A stretch of 64,000 bases of DNA from Lama glama (Eukaryota). This document shows, piece after piece, positions 49,111 through 63,307 of the stretch (positions are counted from its first letter, which is position 1; every line of letters starts with the position of its first letter). The stretch lies in contig CM052817.1 of the NCBI GenBank assembly GCA_028534125.1, forward strand, positions 70,062,001 to 70,126,000. Reading direction: 5' to 3'. Position numbers and translations under genes: made by a program. The notes beneath the pieces are model-generated. The model worked only from the letters and a program-made list of their open reading frames with translations. It was not told where the DNA came from and made no database searches.

Positions 49111-50643
49111 GCTGTAATCTGTCAGCCCTTTAATGACAAGTTTTTGTCTGGTTCATCTTTGTAGCCCCCAAGGTACCTTGCACAATTCCCTTGAAACAGT
49201 AGATGATCAAGAATGTATCAAAGAATATTATAACAATATGTTATATACTATTTTTCATGACAAATACAGACTTTCAACTTCATTGGAGGGTGAAATAAGT
49301 CTGTGAACTAGTTTGAACTTGTAATCCATCATCTTAAGTGTACCGTAATAGTGCTTTGCACAAAATAGAGGCTCAATGAATAGTTGTAGTTCAAGTGTGT
49401 TGCTGAATTGTTTCTTTGAGTATCTTTCTACATTCTAAATAGATTTACTATTGAACTTTGGGAGATACGTAAGTTGAAGATTTTCTGTATCATATTTTTG
49501 AGAATGACTTTCTCATCTCCTGCAAAACTGCTAAACTCGAAGCTCTCTAGGATCAAAGGTTTGTCAGGAAATATGTAACGTGGAGAGCTCCCACTCCCAC
49601 CCAGACTTCACTTTCAATTCTGCTTCCTCAGTTGCTTCTTGGCCACACATGGGCCGGATAGTAAATCTCCTTTTGTCCTGTGCCTGGAGTTTTCAACTAG
49701 AATACCTTCATGGGGCATTAGCCTTAGGCTTAGGCAGATGGTTTATAGTTGCAAAGATCATTTCAGCCATTTCAGAGATTTAAATCCTGATGCAATAAAG
49801 AGAGCAGAGTAATTTCCTGAAAGAAATGGGTAGAGAATCTTATGGTGAGGTATCTACTTTAAGGTCTTGATGTACCTTTGTAGTAGAGAGGCATTACTTG
49901 GGTATAAGTACATGAACATGTCATCTTTTACTGTGACTTTGAAAATAAGCTATAGATTCTTTCATCAAAAGTACAGAGAATTAAGGATTAAACTGATGCC
50001 ACTACTAAAGTGAAGGGTGTTTAATGGATAACAATTATGTTAACAATGATTCCTGAAATTATTTTGCCAGCAAGAAAATCAGGAAAGATATATTCAAAAG
50101 ACTCTTAATGAGATGTTTGTAGAAATGTAGGTTATAACTTTGAAAGTTCTAGTTGTTTGAACTGGGGGATTTATTAAGTTAATTCTAATATAGCTGTACT
50201 GTGGAGCACTATGCAGCTATGAAAATGATGTTGTAAAAATTTTATTCACTTGGAGAAATATTAGTGATATATTGCTAAGCAGAAAAATCAGACCATAAAA
50301 GGATAAGTACAGTCTTGCCTTATTTTAAAAATCCCTCTGTACATATCATTTATTAGCATGTAAGTCTATGAGGGTGGGCTCTGTCTTGTTTGCCACAGTA
50401 TACCTGGTGCCTAAAACAAGTCCTGCAACATAGCGGGCACTCACGATGTCTACTGAATATACCCAAAAGTGTAGACACTAAAATCCTGACAGAAGTTTTC
50501 TCTGAACGGTGGAGATATGGGTGGTTTTTATCTTCTTTGTGCTTTTAAAAGCATTTATATGCAATGAATCAATATTAGTAGAAGAAGATAAAAATATTAA
50601 AATGTAAGATGATGAAGAAGATTTTAAAAATAAAAGAGCTGCA

Positions 50644-50784
50644 GGAGGAATGTATAGCTCAAGCACTAGAGCACATGCCTAGCATGCACAAGGTCCTGGG
50701 TTCAATCCCCAGTACCTCCATCTAAAAATAAAATAAAATAAAACAAAACAAAATAAAACAAACAAACCTAATCCCCCCAAAAAA
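50644..50784 (+). mobile_element. Vic-1-type camelid tRNA-derived SINE
   Basis: GTATAGCTCAAG...GCATGCACAAGGTCCTGGGTTCAATCCCCAGTACCTCC, A-rich spacer, AAACCTAATCCCCCC tail. Confidence 0.85.
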
Positions 50785-52789
50785 GCTTAATTAAAGAAAA
50801 TAAGTTTATCTTTTAAAGAGAAATGCTGAATTGAAACACTGACCAAGTGAATTCATTGAAATATCTGTATTGCAAATTGTTTTTCAATGCAATAGATGAA
50901 ATGATGTTTGTGGTCCCAACAGACGCAACAGTCAGAAAAGGTCTTGGGTGCTCCAGACATGGATGTTTGAGGGAGGAGACTGGGGAGGGTAAGTTGAAAA
51001 GGAGATGATGGGGTGAGTTCCAGAGGCAGCTTCATCCCAGAGGATTGGGAATGTGAGGATCTTTGTGGGTGTAGAAACACGGCACAGCAATACAGCAGAT
51101 TTGTGCTTGCCCCTCGCACATGCCTGCTGAGCTTAGCATTCCTTTGGCCTCTGTCTGATCTAGTCCACTGTATACATGAAGCTGAACACAGCAAAAAGGA
51201 GGGTTTCTTGGCTGTGGCACAAAACTGTACTCGTTGGGGGGGAAAAAAAGCACATTTCCTGGATTTTTCTTATGGGAAGTGTTAAAATATAGAGACGGGA
51301 TGTAGTCTGATGTTTTTTCCCCTTATTGTGAAATAGTTGACATTCTTGTCTTCTCTGTATCTCTCTCTCTTTCCTTCTCTAACATGAAGATAAACCTAGA
51401 CTTCCAGGAAGGGGAAAATTTCATCAACTTAAACATGGGTTCAAACGCCCATGCCAGTACTGTCTGAGCAGTAAACAGGTCAGAATTGTCTGAAAGAGGC
51501 CTGTGGAATGAACTGCAGTATGGTTCAGGTCAGACGACTTCTTAGCTAAGTGTCAGAACTTCTTGGATCACTATCCTGGTAGTCCAGAGAGACGTGGCAT
51601 ACTGTGAGGGAAATAAAAACAATCATGTGAAAACAACACTCAGGACTTTGTCCAGGTGTGACTGCAGAACGCCCCACAGCTGCTGTCTGCTCCTCGCTGC
51701 CTTTCATCTGTCCCCCTTTCCGCAGGGACCCTGCAGCATGTGTGGTGTGAAATCACTCGATAAACTGTTTCCACTGGTGAGCTATGAGAATTTCATAGTT
51801 TGACTCCTGAAAATGAAGGGAATTAAAAACTGATAGGAAGGATGATTTGGTGCCCAAGGTGGTGAACTGGTCGCCAGAAGGAGTCACCTATGTAGGAAAC
51901 ACCTTTGCATAGTGTCTGTGTAGGTAACAAATTATAATTGAGCTGAAAATTAAGATAATAAGAAAGATTCATTTCTATAAGAAGGTCATTTAGAGAGCAA
52001 CAATTAAAATTAAGTTAGAATCTGAGAAAAAGAAGCAAGAAGTTTACTTAATAACTAAATACTCTCTTTTGTTTCTCCCCTTCACTTGTAAACCAAGGTT
52101 TGGTATTTATTTGTTTTCCTTGTAAGAATTAATGCTCTATAATTAATTATATTCACTATTCCAATAATAGCAATAGCAAAAATGATCTTTAAATGAAAAT
52201 CACCATCATTATATCTATTTATTTTTTGATTAAGTGAAAAAAACTTGAAAAACAAATGGACATTGTATATTAGTTACTGTGAATTTTTCGCTTACTGTGG
52301 TTTATTTTTTTTAAAGCCTATTCTGTTTCACATAATGCTTGAAGTAAATTACATTTTCTGCCTCTCATATTTGAATACAGGACTGTTATCTTGTGGTTCC
52401 CAGCACTGTGGGAGAAACATTTTATGGAAGTAACTCTGTTTCAGCTATACCGTCTCTTTCTGCTCCTTTTTTACTGAAGAGAAAAAAAGAAGAAAAAGAA
52501 ATACAGAAAACAACAATAATTGCATTTCTAGCCTAGGACTAGGACTAGGATCCTTTCAATACAGCTGCTCTCACTTCTAGTTAACCAGGGGATGAGTGAG
52601 ATCCTGTTTCCTCATAGTTTCTTCTAGTCTCGGTAAGATGAAAGAAGAATTTACAAACAAATAAAAATGATACTGCAGACATTATAACTAATTTATATAG
52701 TTAAAAAGTCAGGATTGTTTTCAGATCAACACGACACAGATTTAATTTAAAAGGAAAGAGCAATTTCTCTTTTTATTTTGGTAATTTTA

Positions 52790-52910
52790 AAAAATAGGTT
52801 TTATTTTTAATTATATTGAAGTTTATTTAGTCAGTTTGCAATGTTGCATCAATTTCTGGTGTACAGCATAATGTTTCAGTCATATATATACATACATTTA
52901 TTTCTTTACA
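52790..52910 (-). mobile_element. Short L1 3'-terminal fragment
   Basis: T-rich start then agtcagtttgcaatgttgcatcaatttctggtgtacagcataatgtttcagtcatatatatacatac. Confidence 0.6.
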
Positions 52911-53479
52911 TTGTGTGTTAGTCAGTAATTATGCTCACAGCCTCTGATGCTTGTGAGCACGGATGAATGTTACTTTTATGTTCATCCGTTGTGTTGAGAT
53001 ACTGGATTTAAATGGAACTAGCTCCATCATCAGGTTGGACATAATTTAGGAGTATTGCTTGCTTTTCTTCTTCCTACTGTCTCCTTTCTCCTATCTTCTA
53101 GAGTATTGGTGCCTCACCAAAAGGGAACAGGAGATATGTATTTACTGATTTATGTAAATTATGTACAAGCTGCTTACCACAGAGACTGCAGATGTGGAAT
53201 ATTCACCAGATATACTACACATATTATAGCGTGCAGCTAATATTTTGTTCATGTAAAAGGTAAAGCAGAAAATTAAACCAATTATTAAATATCTTAGGCA
53301 AAACACCCTACTGTTGAAGAAAAAGCTGTTTTATTAACCTGAATTAATCAGTTAATAAATTGAGCAGAACTAATATTCAATTATACTTAATTTTGTCTGG
53401 AAAAAAAAATCAGACCTTTCTTTTGGTTCTAAACAATGCTAAAATCAACAGAAAGAGAGTGGCAAATCTAAGTACATTC

Positions 53480-54480
53480 GTCTTCCCCATTGTCTCTTGA
53501 ACACACTGTGGACATACTTTTGACCCCAGCTCTCCACCAGAACTGCTCAATCTGATGGTCTGTTCTCAGTCTCCTTGTTTGACCACCATCAGCATTTGAC
53601 AGAGCTGATTACTCTTTATTTGAACACTTTCTTCACTTGGCTTCCAGGATAACATCAGCTTCTGGTTCTTTCCTGGTCTCCTGGGCCACCACTCCTGGGT
53701 TTCCTGGTCTCCTGGGTCTCCTCTGCTTGTTCCCCATATTCTCCCTGACCTCTAGTTGGTGGGGTGCCCCCATGGCTCAGCCTCTCAGCCTCTGCTCTTC
53801 TGTCTAATTCATCCCCTTGATGACCTCAGCCTCCCTGCCTTTAAATATATTGTAGAGGCCAGCAACTCTTAGTTAAATCTTTGGCCTAGACGTAGCCCCT
53901 AACGTACAGACTTGCACATCCAGCATCTACAAACTTTCCATGTGGGTGTCTGATGGGTATCTGAGACTTCACATGTTCAAAACCCAACTTCTGATCTTTC
54001 GTCAAATCTGCTTCTCCACAGTCTTCTCTGTCTCAGGAAATGACAGGTCTGTTCTGCTGCTGCTCAGGCCAAAAACCTTAAATTTATCCTTATATTCACC
54101 CTTATATTTCCCTGATTTCCTCATATCTAGTCTATCTACAAGCCTTTACCTATGCAATATAACCAGAACCACCTACTCCTCTCCAGCCTGGTTCAAGTTG
54201 CCATCATCTTTCATCTGGATTTTGACAACAGCCTCCCAACTGGTCTCCTTGTCTCTGCCTGTTGTATGCAAAGGTGCCAAAGGGATCCTCTTAAACCTGA
54301 GTCAGTTTAGGTCTTTCCTCTGCATGGAACTCTCCAGTAGTTTACAATTTCCACAGCGGTCCACAAGGCCCTATGTGGTCCCCGCCCACCCCTGACTTTC
54401 TGGCTCATCTCCTACTGCTCTTCCCCTTGCTTACTGAGCACCAGCCCTACCGGTTTCCTCGCTGTTTCTCATAGACATGC
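53480..54480 (+). mobile_element. L2 LINE fragment (RT region)
   Basis: Degenerate RT motifs: tcagcatttgaca (SAAFD), ggggtgccccatggctca (GVPQGS-like), WVSDGYLRLHMFKTQLLIF (WMS..LKLN.SKTELLIF-like). Confidence 0.75.
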
Positions 54481-55179
54481 TCCTTATTACCAGAGTGCTG
54501 GTTCGGGCCTTAGGCTGGAGCATCTTGCTAGAATTACTAACAGTTGTTTTGTTTTCAGTATACTTAGTTTTCGGTTACCATCTGTGTATTATGATAATTA
54601 TTTTCCATTTACTATTGTGTTATAAATGGATCCATTTAAGTTTAAAAAATGAGTCTATTTAAGTATAACGTTAATTAAATAGTAAGACTAGTGGTAAAGG
54701 GATTTGACAGAAATCATGGACTTAAATGGCTGAAGTTTGGGGACCACCCTGCCGCGGGGTTTTGAGCTGACTTTGTGGCATGTCTGGGGGAACCAAAAAG
54801 CCTCCCGCCATGCTTCATGGGACACTTTTGCAGAACAGCAGTTAGTAATACGTAGCAGCAATATTATTTTCTGCCATATTCCCCATAAAGTTGGCGACTT
54901 CCCTTATGACTTTAAATGCTTGAGCATTTTGAATAAAGTTGCTTCACCAATATAATTTTAAAATGTTATTCCTTTTTTGCATGTTGCAAAATGAACATTG
55001 CATCTTCTTCTTCCTCCCTTACCCCTCGTCTCTCTTCTAGGAGCAGAAGGAAATAGCTATCATCCATAATCTCAATGCTCAGAAATAATTACTGTTAACA
55101 TTGTGTTGTATTCCTTCCTGTTCTTTTCTAATAATATACATGAATGATGTACTGAACCCATTCCAGTAAAGCTCCCTGA

Positions 55180-55830
55180 TGACTATGGTGAGCAAAGCTT
55201 GTTTTCACTTAAGTCAGATGACTTGTTCCCTCACAGCATTGGACACTTCTGATCCTTCTTGAAGTCTGTCCTGCCTCACCGACTGCGACACGGCCCTCCT
55301 CTCTCCCGTCCTAGGTCGGCTCCTCCTCATCTCCTTGTGAAGGCCTCCATCTCTGAGCATTTCTTACATGTATGCCTTCCTCTGCTTCTCCCTGAGCAAT
55401 CTCACATCACGTGAAGTCTTCTCCATACCTGCTTTTTTAAACCAGGCTTCTCTCCTCAGCCCCAGACCTGGGACCTCCTTGCCTGAATGTCCCATGGTCA
55501 CATCAAATTCATCATGTCCAAAGTTATAATTTCCCCCCACAAACCTGTGTTTCTTCCATATTTCCAATCTCATTAATTTAAGCCAAAATCAAGGAATCAT
55601 CCTTGACTCCTCCCTCTCTGTCACCCTTCGACTGATGAGGAGCCAGGTGCCCTCTTCTCCCCTCTACCACACCGCCTCCATGCAGGCTCCTGTGGTCTCT
55701 GAAAGAAAGACCTGCTGCAGGCACTGGGGGAGTCTTCCTGCCTTCAGCCACCCCTTCCACTCCCTTGGACCAAGAGTGATTTTTAATACAAAATCTGATC
55801 ATGCCACTTTCTTGCTTAAAACACTCTTCA
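55180..55830 (+). mobile_element. L2 LINE fragment
   Basis: gaatgtcccatggtcacatcaaattcatcatgtccaaag, aatcatccttgactcctcc, aaatctgatcatgccactt motifs; approximate bounds. Confidence 0.6.
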
Positions 55831-58800
55831 GTGAAAAATCCAGATGGGTAAATAGTAAACTGTTACCTCTAGGGAATGGACAGGATCATTTGCTTTTTAG
55901 TCTGTGCACTTTTATACGACTTGACTTTTCTTTAACAATGAACATGTTATTTTTCCAGTTAAAATGAATGAAGGGAAAACACATGAACACCCCCTGTTGC
56001 TTATAAGCAGGGGGCTAAATATTCACTCTACTCTGCTGCTGACTCTCCCTCAGGCCTCCTGTCTCCTGCATTCCAGTCTTGTGCCATATGGGTCAGGCTT
56101 ATCCTATAGGCTCCAGATATTCTGAACTTCCAAGCCTTAGCTCATGCTGTTCCCTCCATCTACAATGCCATTCCAGTCTTTGCTGACAGTCTTGTACTTA
56201 AACATCCTATGTGGCTCAGGTTGTGTCAGCTTTTCTGTGAAGTATTTCCCCACCCTAGGCGGCATGGTGGCACTTCCTTTGTTCATCACCTTGAAACTTT
56301 ACCCTATGGAGAGTCTACTCTGGGGCCCATGTGATGTTTACACCTTTGCCTCCTCCACCCGTGTCCACAAGTCTCTTGAGAGCATGGACTGTGCCTCTCA
56401 GCAAGCCCTTAAAAAACAACGTAACAAAGTCTGTCATTTACTGAACCTCTTCCTCCCTGCTGTACACCCTGTGTCTCATACATGTCATTTCTAATCCTAG
56501 AAATAATCTGCAAAGCAGAGTAGCTCCATGTCAGAGAATGAAAATTGAAGCTCAGAGCTAGGCTAAGCTACCCAGATGGTCTGTGGCAGAGCTGGGAATT
56601 GGAGCCTGTGTCCTATGCCGCCTCTGAAGGACAGCGTTAAAGGCAGGGACGGTGTCTTACAGTTATCTCACTGGTAGCAACCAGCGTAAGGACGGCTCAG
56701 TAGTCCATCAATAAATATGTCACCGAATAACTTAGAAGGATAGTAGTCCATCTCACTAAGAAATATTTTACCAGGTCTGTGACTTAACCTCAATCCTTTC
56801 TCCATGTATTTTCTGAAAGAGATGCCCAAGGACACTTCAAGGACCACACAGCAATTTGCAGGAATGGGCAGTCTGTATCTACCCTTGGGTAATCTGCCCT
56901 GGCTGGATTGTTGGTAGTCATTTTAAAGTTGTTTGCCAGGTTCATTACATAGGAGCATGTCCCTGGGAACAACAACTTTGTCCCTGAATGAGGCGCAGAC
57001 ACAGACAACAGCTCTGGGGGTGGAGACTTCACCTCAGGGAAACAGCTTTTAAGGGGAGAAATGTGTAAATGCTGTGGGAATCCTTCTGCAGGCCTGGATG
57101 GAAGGCTGCGGGCTGCTGAGCCCCCTGAGCCTAGAAGTAGTGTGCAGGTGTGTACCTGTGTGTGTCGGGAGTGGGAGTGGATGCCACAACTGCAGAGGAC
57201 AGCGAGACTCCCGGCAAGTCAGAGCTGGCAAGGGTGGGGATGGTTTGTGCCAACCTAGCCAGGCTCAGGGCTGGGTGGTGGGGGGAAGGTCGTCTCAGAG
57301 AGTCCTCCAGCTCCCCATAAACGTTCAGCCTGAACAAGGCTGGCGGTGAAGTAGGAATGTGGCAGGGAAAGTGGAGGCCCTCTTTCTGGAGGCATGTGTA
57401 GGGGCACAGCAGTTCTGTGAGCCCAAGAGAAGAATAAAAAAAATCAGTACACTAAAGTCAATTTAAAAAACGTACATGGAGCCATCTCTGAGGCTACAGA
57501 GGTGGAGACCTAGCTCCTCCCTGGAGTTTACGTGCTAGTCGTGGAGGCAAACAGGTAAACAGAGAAACAGCATGGTGCTGGCTGCAACGGGCAGGTCTGC
57601 TAGCACACTGTACACATAAAGGGTGAGTGGAACTCTGTGCAATGTTTTATGCAAATGTGGAGTGCCAATCGTATTATGTTTATGCCTAGCGCTCCAGCAC
57701 TTAAAGATAAGTGGAAACCAAACTTGGTCAGGTTGCTGTTGGGAAGCTGAAGGCTTCCTGCTGAACAAACAGTGTTACTTTTTGCTATTCAGGATTTGGG
57801 CCACACAGTGCTTTGATCTAAAAATTTGAGTAGATAAGGAATGAATATTTATTGTTTTTATGAGCATTGTTTTGTATGAAACAAATTTGGGGGAGTGGGA
57901 AGGAATAAATATTTGGGACAGCAAACATTTAAATGCCAGTAGTTAATTTACTTTCTTACCTTGATTTACAATGGCAACATTTGGGTGGAGAGCTGAAAAG
58001 AAGGAACACTCTTTGTTCTTGTTTTATTTAGAATTTCTAAGGTCTAAAGGAATGTTTTTATTGCAAGTACATAAAGTAATGAGAAAAACCCCCAAGGATT
58101 TAAATGCCATTAGAGAAGCTTAACCTCAGGGTGTTAAATGAGCAAAGGATATTCTAGCAGATTTCTTTTGAAATTTTTTCCTTCTTAAATACCTTCCAAC
58201 TTCAAATTTGTTGTCATAAGAAAGAGGGAGAAAAGGGAGTGTTAAAAAGGGGGCAACAATAGAAAGCACCTGAGACTCCAGGGGAGTGGACTCAGGGCCG
58301 CACAGAGCGAGCAGGAGGGACGGACCCGGGAGGTGGGGGCCAGGGCTCAGCAGTGTCCCGCAGGGCAAGGGCGGGAGCTGGCTGGCTGCGGCGGCTCCTC
58401 CAGCACGGCATGGCCCGCTCTGTGCTTTCCCTGAGTGGGTCCAGCCGGCATGACTAAACAGTCAGCGGCTTGGGGGTCTTGGGAACCTGAAATCCTAAAA
58501 TCATGCTTAGAGTTGATGTGATGCTGAACAAGGGTCGTGTAGAGAGAGGGAAGGCATTTGACAGGCTCAGCGGCACAGACGTTGGCTCCCGAGGCTGCAG
58601 CACACCGCTCGCCTTCATGAGAAGTTATTTTCAGAAAAGAAAATAGCCCTGTCTCTGGGACTTCGCCACGCTAAAAAATTGTTCTGAAAATTTAAAATAT
58701 TCCAAAGTTTCATCATCTCCACCAGTGTTCAAAGGGCAGAAAGACCCCCACAGCTTGTATATTTTCGGGCCTATTGTCTTATTTCAAACTTGGTTTTCCC

Positions 58801-59479
58801 GGTGTTTTGTTTCGCATCACCATCACAAGCAGCATGGAGTAGCCATGGCAATGATCGTAGCATTTGTGTGTCGGGCTCTGGGCCGCGGTGCCTGCCGTGG
58901 GCGTCGTCACACTCGGGAGCAAGGAGGAAGATGACATCAAAGAACCTGAAGACCGAGCACATTTACTTTTCTGATTCTAATGACTTTGTTTGGAAGAGAG
59001 TAAACACAATTACCTTAACAACTGAGCTGGGAGGCTTTGAGGGTTTAACACTGCATTGTTTTCCTAGGGAGAGGGTGGGGACCGCTGAGGAGCAGGGAGA
59101 GAGGCCTGAAGAGCCCGGTAGTTTAGTTTTTGTTTGCACTGTCTTCTCAGAAATGCCTTTGAGTAGTTACAGGACATTTGATGGAGTGTTCTTATAAAAT
59201 TAACTTGTTTATTTTCCTTATTTAAAATGGAGTTAATGTTCATCATTAAATAATTTGAGAAGCCAAAAGAGAAACTTTACAAAGTTCTGTCACCAAAATC
59301 TTTTTCACGTATTGTCTCCCTAGCCAGCTATTCCCCTACATAGATTTAATATCCATGTATAAGTACAACTCCCCACCGCCAACAGCAGCGTGTTGTTCAT
59401 TGTTTCTTCATTTGCTTTATTTCCTTTTTATTCTGGGGCCTTTTACTCTCAGCCCCTATAAGATTGCTTCTTTCTTTTC

Positions 59480-60760
59480 ATTTGCAGCATAGTATTCCTT
59501 TGTGGGTGTTCCCTAGTTTATTTAACATGTCCTCCATTGATAGATACTTAGATAGTTTCTAATCTTTTGCTATCACCAACAATGTGGTAATTTTTATTCT
59601 TGTAGTTGTGGGATTTTGCAATCCTGAGAGTGTGCCTGGAAGGTAAATAACTAGACTTGGAATTGCTAAGTCAGAAGGTGTGAGCATTGGTGGTTTTGTT
59701 TGGAATTGTATTGCCTTGCTTTACATAAAGATCATATCGATTTATACTCCCACTAGTCATTTATGAGAGTGCCTGTTTTCTCACATCCTTTGTAACACGT
59801 TGTGATATCAAACTTCTGGATCTTTGCCAATCTAGAAGGAGAAAATAGTGCCTAAATGCAGTTTAATGTGTCCTCTTATAAGTAAGGATGAGCATCTTTG
59901 CCTAAGTTTAAAGAGCTTTTATACTTTCTATTCTGTAAACTGTATATGTTCACATCCTATTGCCCATTTTTCTGTTGGTTATTCTTTTTCTTATTGATTT
60001 GTTATAGTTCTTTATATATTAATAATGGTAGTTTTCTTTTCTGGGATATGAATCACAAACATATTTACCATTTTGCTGTTTGTATTTTATTTTGTTTATC
60101 CCCCACTGCACTATGCAAAAAATCTTTATTTTTATGTAGCCACATATCCAGATCTTTATCTTTTATGACTTAAAGAGACTTTTCTCAAAATAGGTTATTT
60201 TAAAAAATCCTTCCATGTTTTTATCTATTTGTTTATGAATTTGTATTTGATATATCTGGGATTTATTTTGGTGGAAGATGTAAAGTAAAAAACCAGCCTT
60301 ACGGTTATTTTTCCATATTGCCGCCTGCTTGCCTCAATACTGTTTATTAAATAATGTATCTTTTCACTAATGTTTTGAAAAATTCTTATATATATTAAAT
60401 TACTTCAGGGATTTAGGTCTATTTCTGGACATTCTGTTTTATGTCATTGATCAGTTAGTCCAATCAAAGTCAGTACCACTTTGTTTTTAAAACTGTAGTT
60501 TCATTATGTACTTTAAAATCTGGTATTCTTTGTTCCCTCCTATTACTCTTTTCCCCCCAAATGTTCATGGCTATTATTGTTTGCTTATGGATGTTGAAAT
60601 TAGCTTTGTCTAGTTCCCCCACAAAAACAGTTAGCCTTTTTGTTAGAAACAAAATCTTAAGTTTAAGATTGATAATGGGGAGAATTGAGTTTTAGGATAT
60701 TAAGTCTTTATCTAAGAACATGATACTTTTTGCTGTTTTTTCCAAGTCTTCTTTTGTGTC
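59480..60760 (-). mobile_element. Ancient L1M(E) fragment
   Basis: T-rich antisense L1 ORF2/3' region motifs (gcatagtattcc, ggaattgctaagtc, tatgagagtgcctgtttt, cagtaccact); degenerate ORF2-like peptide in ORF 60470-60652. Confidence 0.65.
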
Positions 60761-61559
60761 TGATAGCAGATTCTTTTAATACTCCAGTGAAGAGAATCTC
60801 TCCTAATGAAATGCTGGCACGAGGATAAGCTTCCCAGAGTTATTCAGACAAGGCAAGATTTTGACTAAACTGATGTATATTTCTAATCTTTGAGAATCAT
60901 CTTTCTGTTTATTTAAATATACACAATCAATAATTTTGCATCTGTATGACCAGATTAATAACATAAAAAATTTTGCAAAATTAGCCTTCATGGTTTTCCC
61001 CTTTGGATATGATGAGAAGCCAGAAGGATGATTTTCTGATCTCTAGCACTGCATGCTCTCTCTCTCTTATTCTTATATTTAAATTTTACTTAACTTTTTA
61101 AACCATATCTTTTATTTTGGAATAATTTTATATTTACAGAAAAGTTTCAAAGTTAGTGCAGTTTCCTGTGTTCCCTTTACCCACTTTGTCTTACTGTTAA
61201 TATTTTAAATAACTCTGGAGCATTTGTCAAAACAGAAACTAACATTTGTACGTTGCTTTTAACTAAACTCTGTAGAATTTATTCAGGTCTCACTAGTTTT
61301 TCCATTCGTCATTTTTCTGTTCCAGGATCCAATCAGGAAGCCACATTGCACTTAGTAGTACTGCTCTTTGATTAACCCACAGAGGGAGGCAGCAGCCTTG
61401 CTCATTGCAGTCTCTGGGGTTAACCATGTAGGCTCTTGTATGGCTGGAGGAAAACCCTGATGACCACAGAATCAGATCATGTGATCTCATGATGCAGCCT
61501 TTCTGCCCTACATGTGCCTTCCTGTATTTGCACTGTTTCATTAATTTAACCTAAATGTC

Positions 61560-61580
61560 TGTGTGTGTGTGTGTGTGTGT
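61560..61580. repeat. (TG)10 microsatellite
   Basis: Directly read. Confidence 0.9.
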
Positions 61581-61769
61581 TAGGGGTGGGGAATAATATA
61601 AAGACAGACCAAAATTTCTTTGTGTCTGTATAATGTCTCCCTTTCAAATGCTATTGATAAGGTTGTCATACAGATTTCAATGAAACCATTGCTTGTTAAA
61701 TCAATAAATGGGTTCTTTTTCATACTGTCCACATTTGCCTAATCTACAAAGATAAGCAGTATGGGTTTT

Positions 61770-61890
61770 TTTCAGTGGTTAAAAGCATGGAGTCTTACAA
61801 ATCTGGGTTCAGACCTAACTGGGATACTTACCAGCTATGTAAATCTTGGGCAAGTTACTTAATGTCTCCAAGCTTCGGTTTTGTCATCTA
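61770..61890 (+). mobile_element. MIR SINE (5' half)
   Basis: cagtggttaaaagcatggagtc...ctgggttca...acttaccagctatgtaaatcttgggcaagttacttaa. Confidence 0.6.
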
Positions 61891-63307
61891 TGGATGGAAT
61901 GATCATGGAAACTTCCAGAGCAGAGCCCTTATTACAACAGACATTTCTAACAGAACGTAGTTTGTGCACGCTGACCGTCTCCCATTCTCCCTGTTCTCAA
62001 ATAAGCTTCATATCCAGCACATCCCTCAAGACCACAGCTTGGTGTTAGCAACATAATTTTTATGCTGTGAAGGAAGAGGTCTGAGAAGAAGTTTCCGTAA
62101 TACCACACACTATTCTAGCCTCTCTTTCCGTGCATTCTGTTTTATTCTGTACTCAGCGCAGGGTTCCTGGCTGTGCTAGTGGGAAGGACGGAACTGGCTC
62201 GGATAGGCCTGGAGGGTGGAGGAGTGTGGAGCAGGGAGGATCTCTTCCCTTCTCTCAGGTACCTCCGCGTGTGAGTGTCCGCACAGGTGGGCATGGCCAC
62301 GAGGCCAGGTGGCCCCGGCTGAGGCAGAGCTCATAGCCGATTTTGGGTGCATCTCTGGCTCACGGTTCTGTGGCTGTGGGGGCCCTTAGAGAGCCTCCGC
62401 GAAGGGTAACTTTGGGTACTTCTGGATGCCACGTCCTGGCTGTGCTGCCAAAGGGAAATTTTCTGGTTTACCTGGGAACATTCAGAAAGGGCCAGAGGGC
62501 GGGGGCTAGCTCCTTCCTCAGCCCAAGAGACCATCCTGAGCCAGAAGGAGAGATTCTAGCTTGGGGTGTTTCTGGGAGATTCACTGTAATTAACATTTTT
62601 CAGTCAATGCTATTATCACTGCGAAACTTGACACATTTTGCAATATGGAAATAAGTATTCTTGGCTTTACAATATAAAGGCCTTCCATCTCAGCTCACAT
62701 ATTTCTTTACCTGGAGGTGATGCTAATGATTTCTTCTTCTTTTTTAATCTTATTTTTCTATTGTAGTTATAAAATCCTGTTATATATATATGTATATATA
62801 AATTGTTATTGTTAATATGATTTCAGGTTTTCAATGGAAAATTCTTTATGAGGAAAATAGAACCTTAAGTTATGAAGTTGCTCCCTTTTCTAATGATGTG
62901 TCCTTAATAATGTTTTGAAATATCTCATAGATAAACATAGCCTCCCTCAAGCCTATTTAGCAACAAGATAATCCCCAACCCCAGTATAATAAATAATCCA
63001 CATAAATAAATATCTGCAGCATTCTTGCCCTCATACATACTGTTCTGTTTCGGGGTCAGGGGCCCAAGAAGAGAGAAGGTTGATTTTTGGTGTATTGTGT
63101 CTTTGAGGAACAGACTGATAAATTTTTTCTTTGCTGTGGCACATTTAGTGGCGGATACTGCTTTACATTTTGACTGCTTCTCTACAAAGCTGGTGTATGG
63201 ATCTTTATATCTTTGAATATGAATGTAAATTATCATTACCCTATTATGGAAAAGAAAGAAGTCTAATACGTACATTTTTTGCACTGCTTTCTTTTTCTTT
63301 TTTCCAG

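Noticed and set aside
50644..50720. tRNA-like sequence (also 24905-24977)
   Set aside because: A/B boxes belong to SINE heads with SINE tails; acceptor stems are not intact, so not tRNA genes.
53940..54395. 151-aa ORF
   Set aside because: Residual L2 ORF2 reading frame, not a host gene.
53080..62260. Isolated plus-strand acceptor-like tracts (~53101, ~55039, ~62258)
   Set aside because: No convincing paired donor at exon distance; such tracts are common in pyrimidine-rich repeat DNA.
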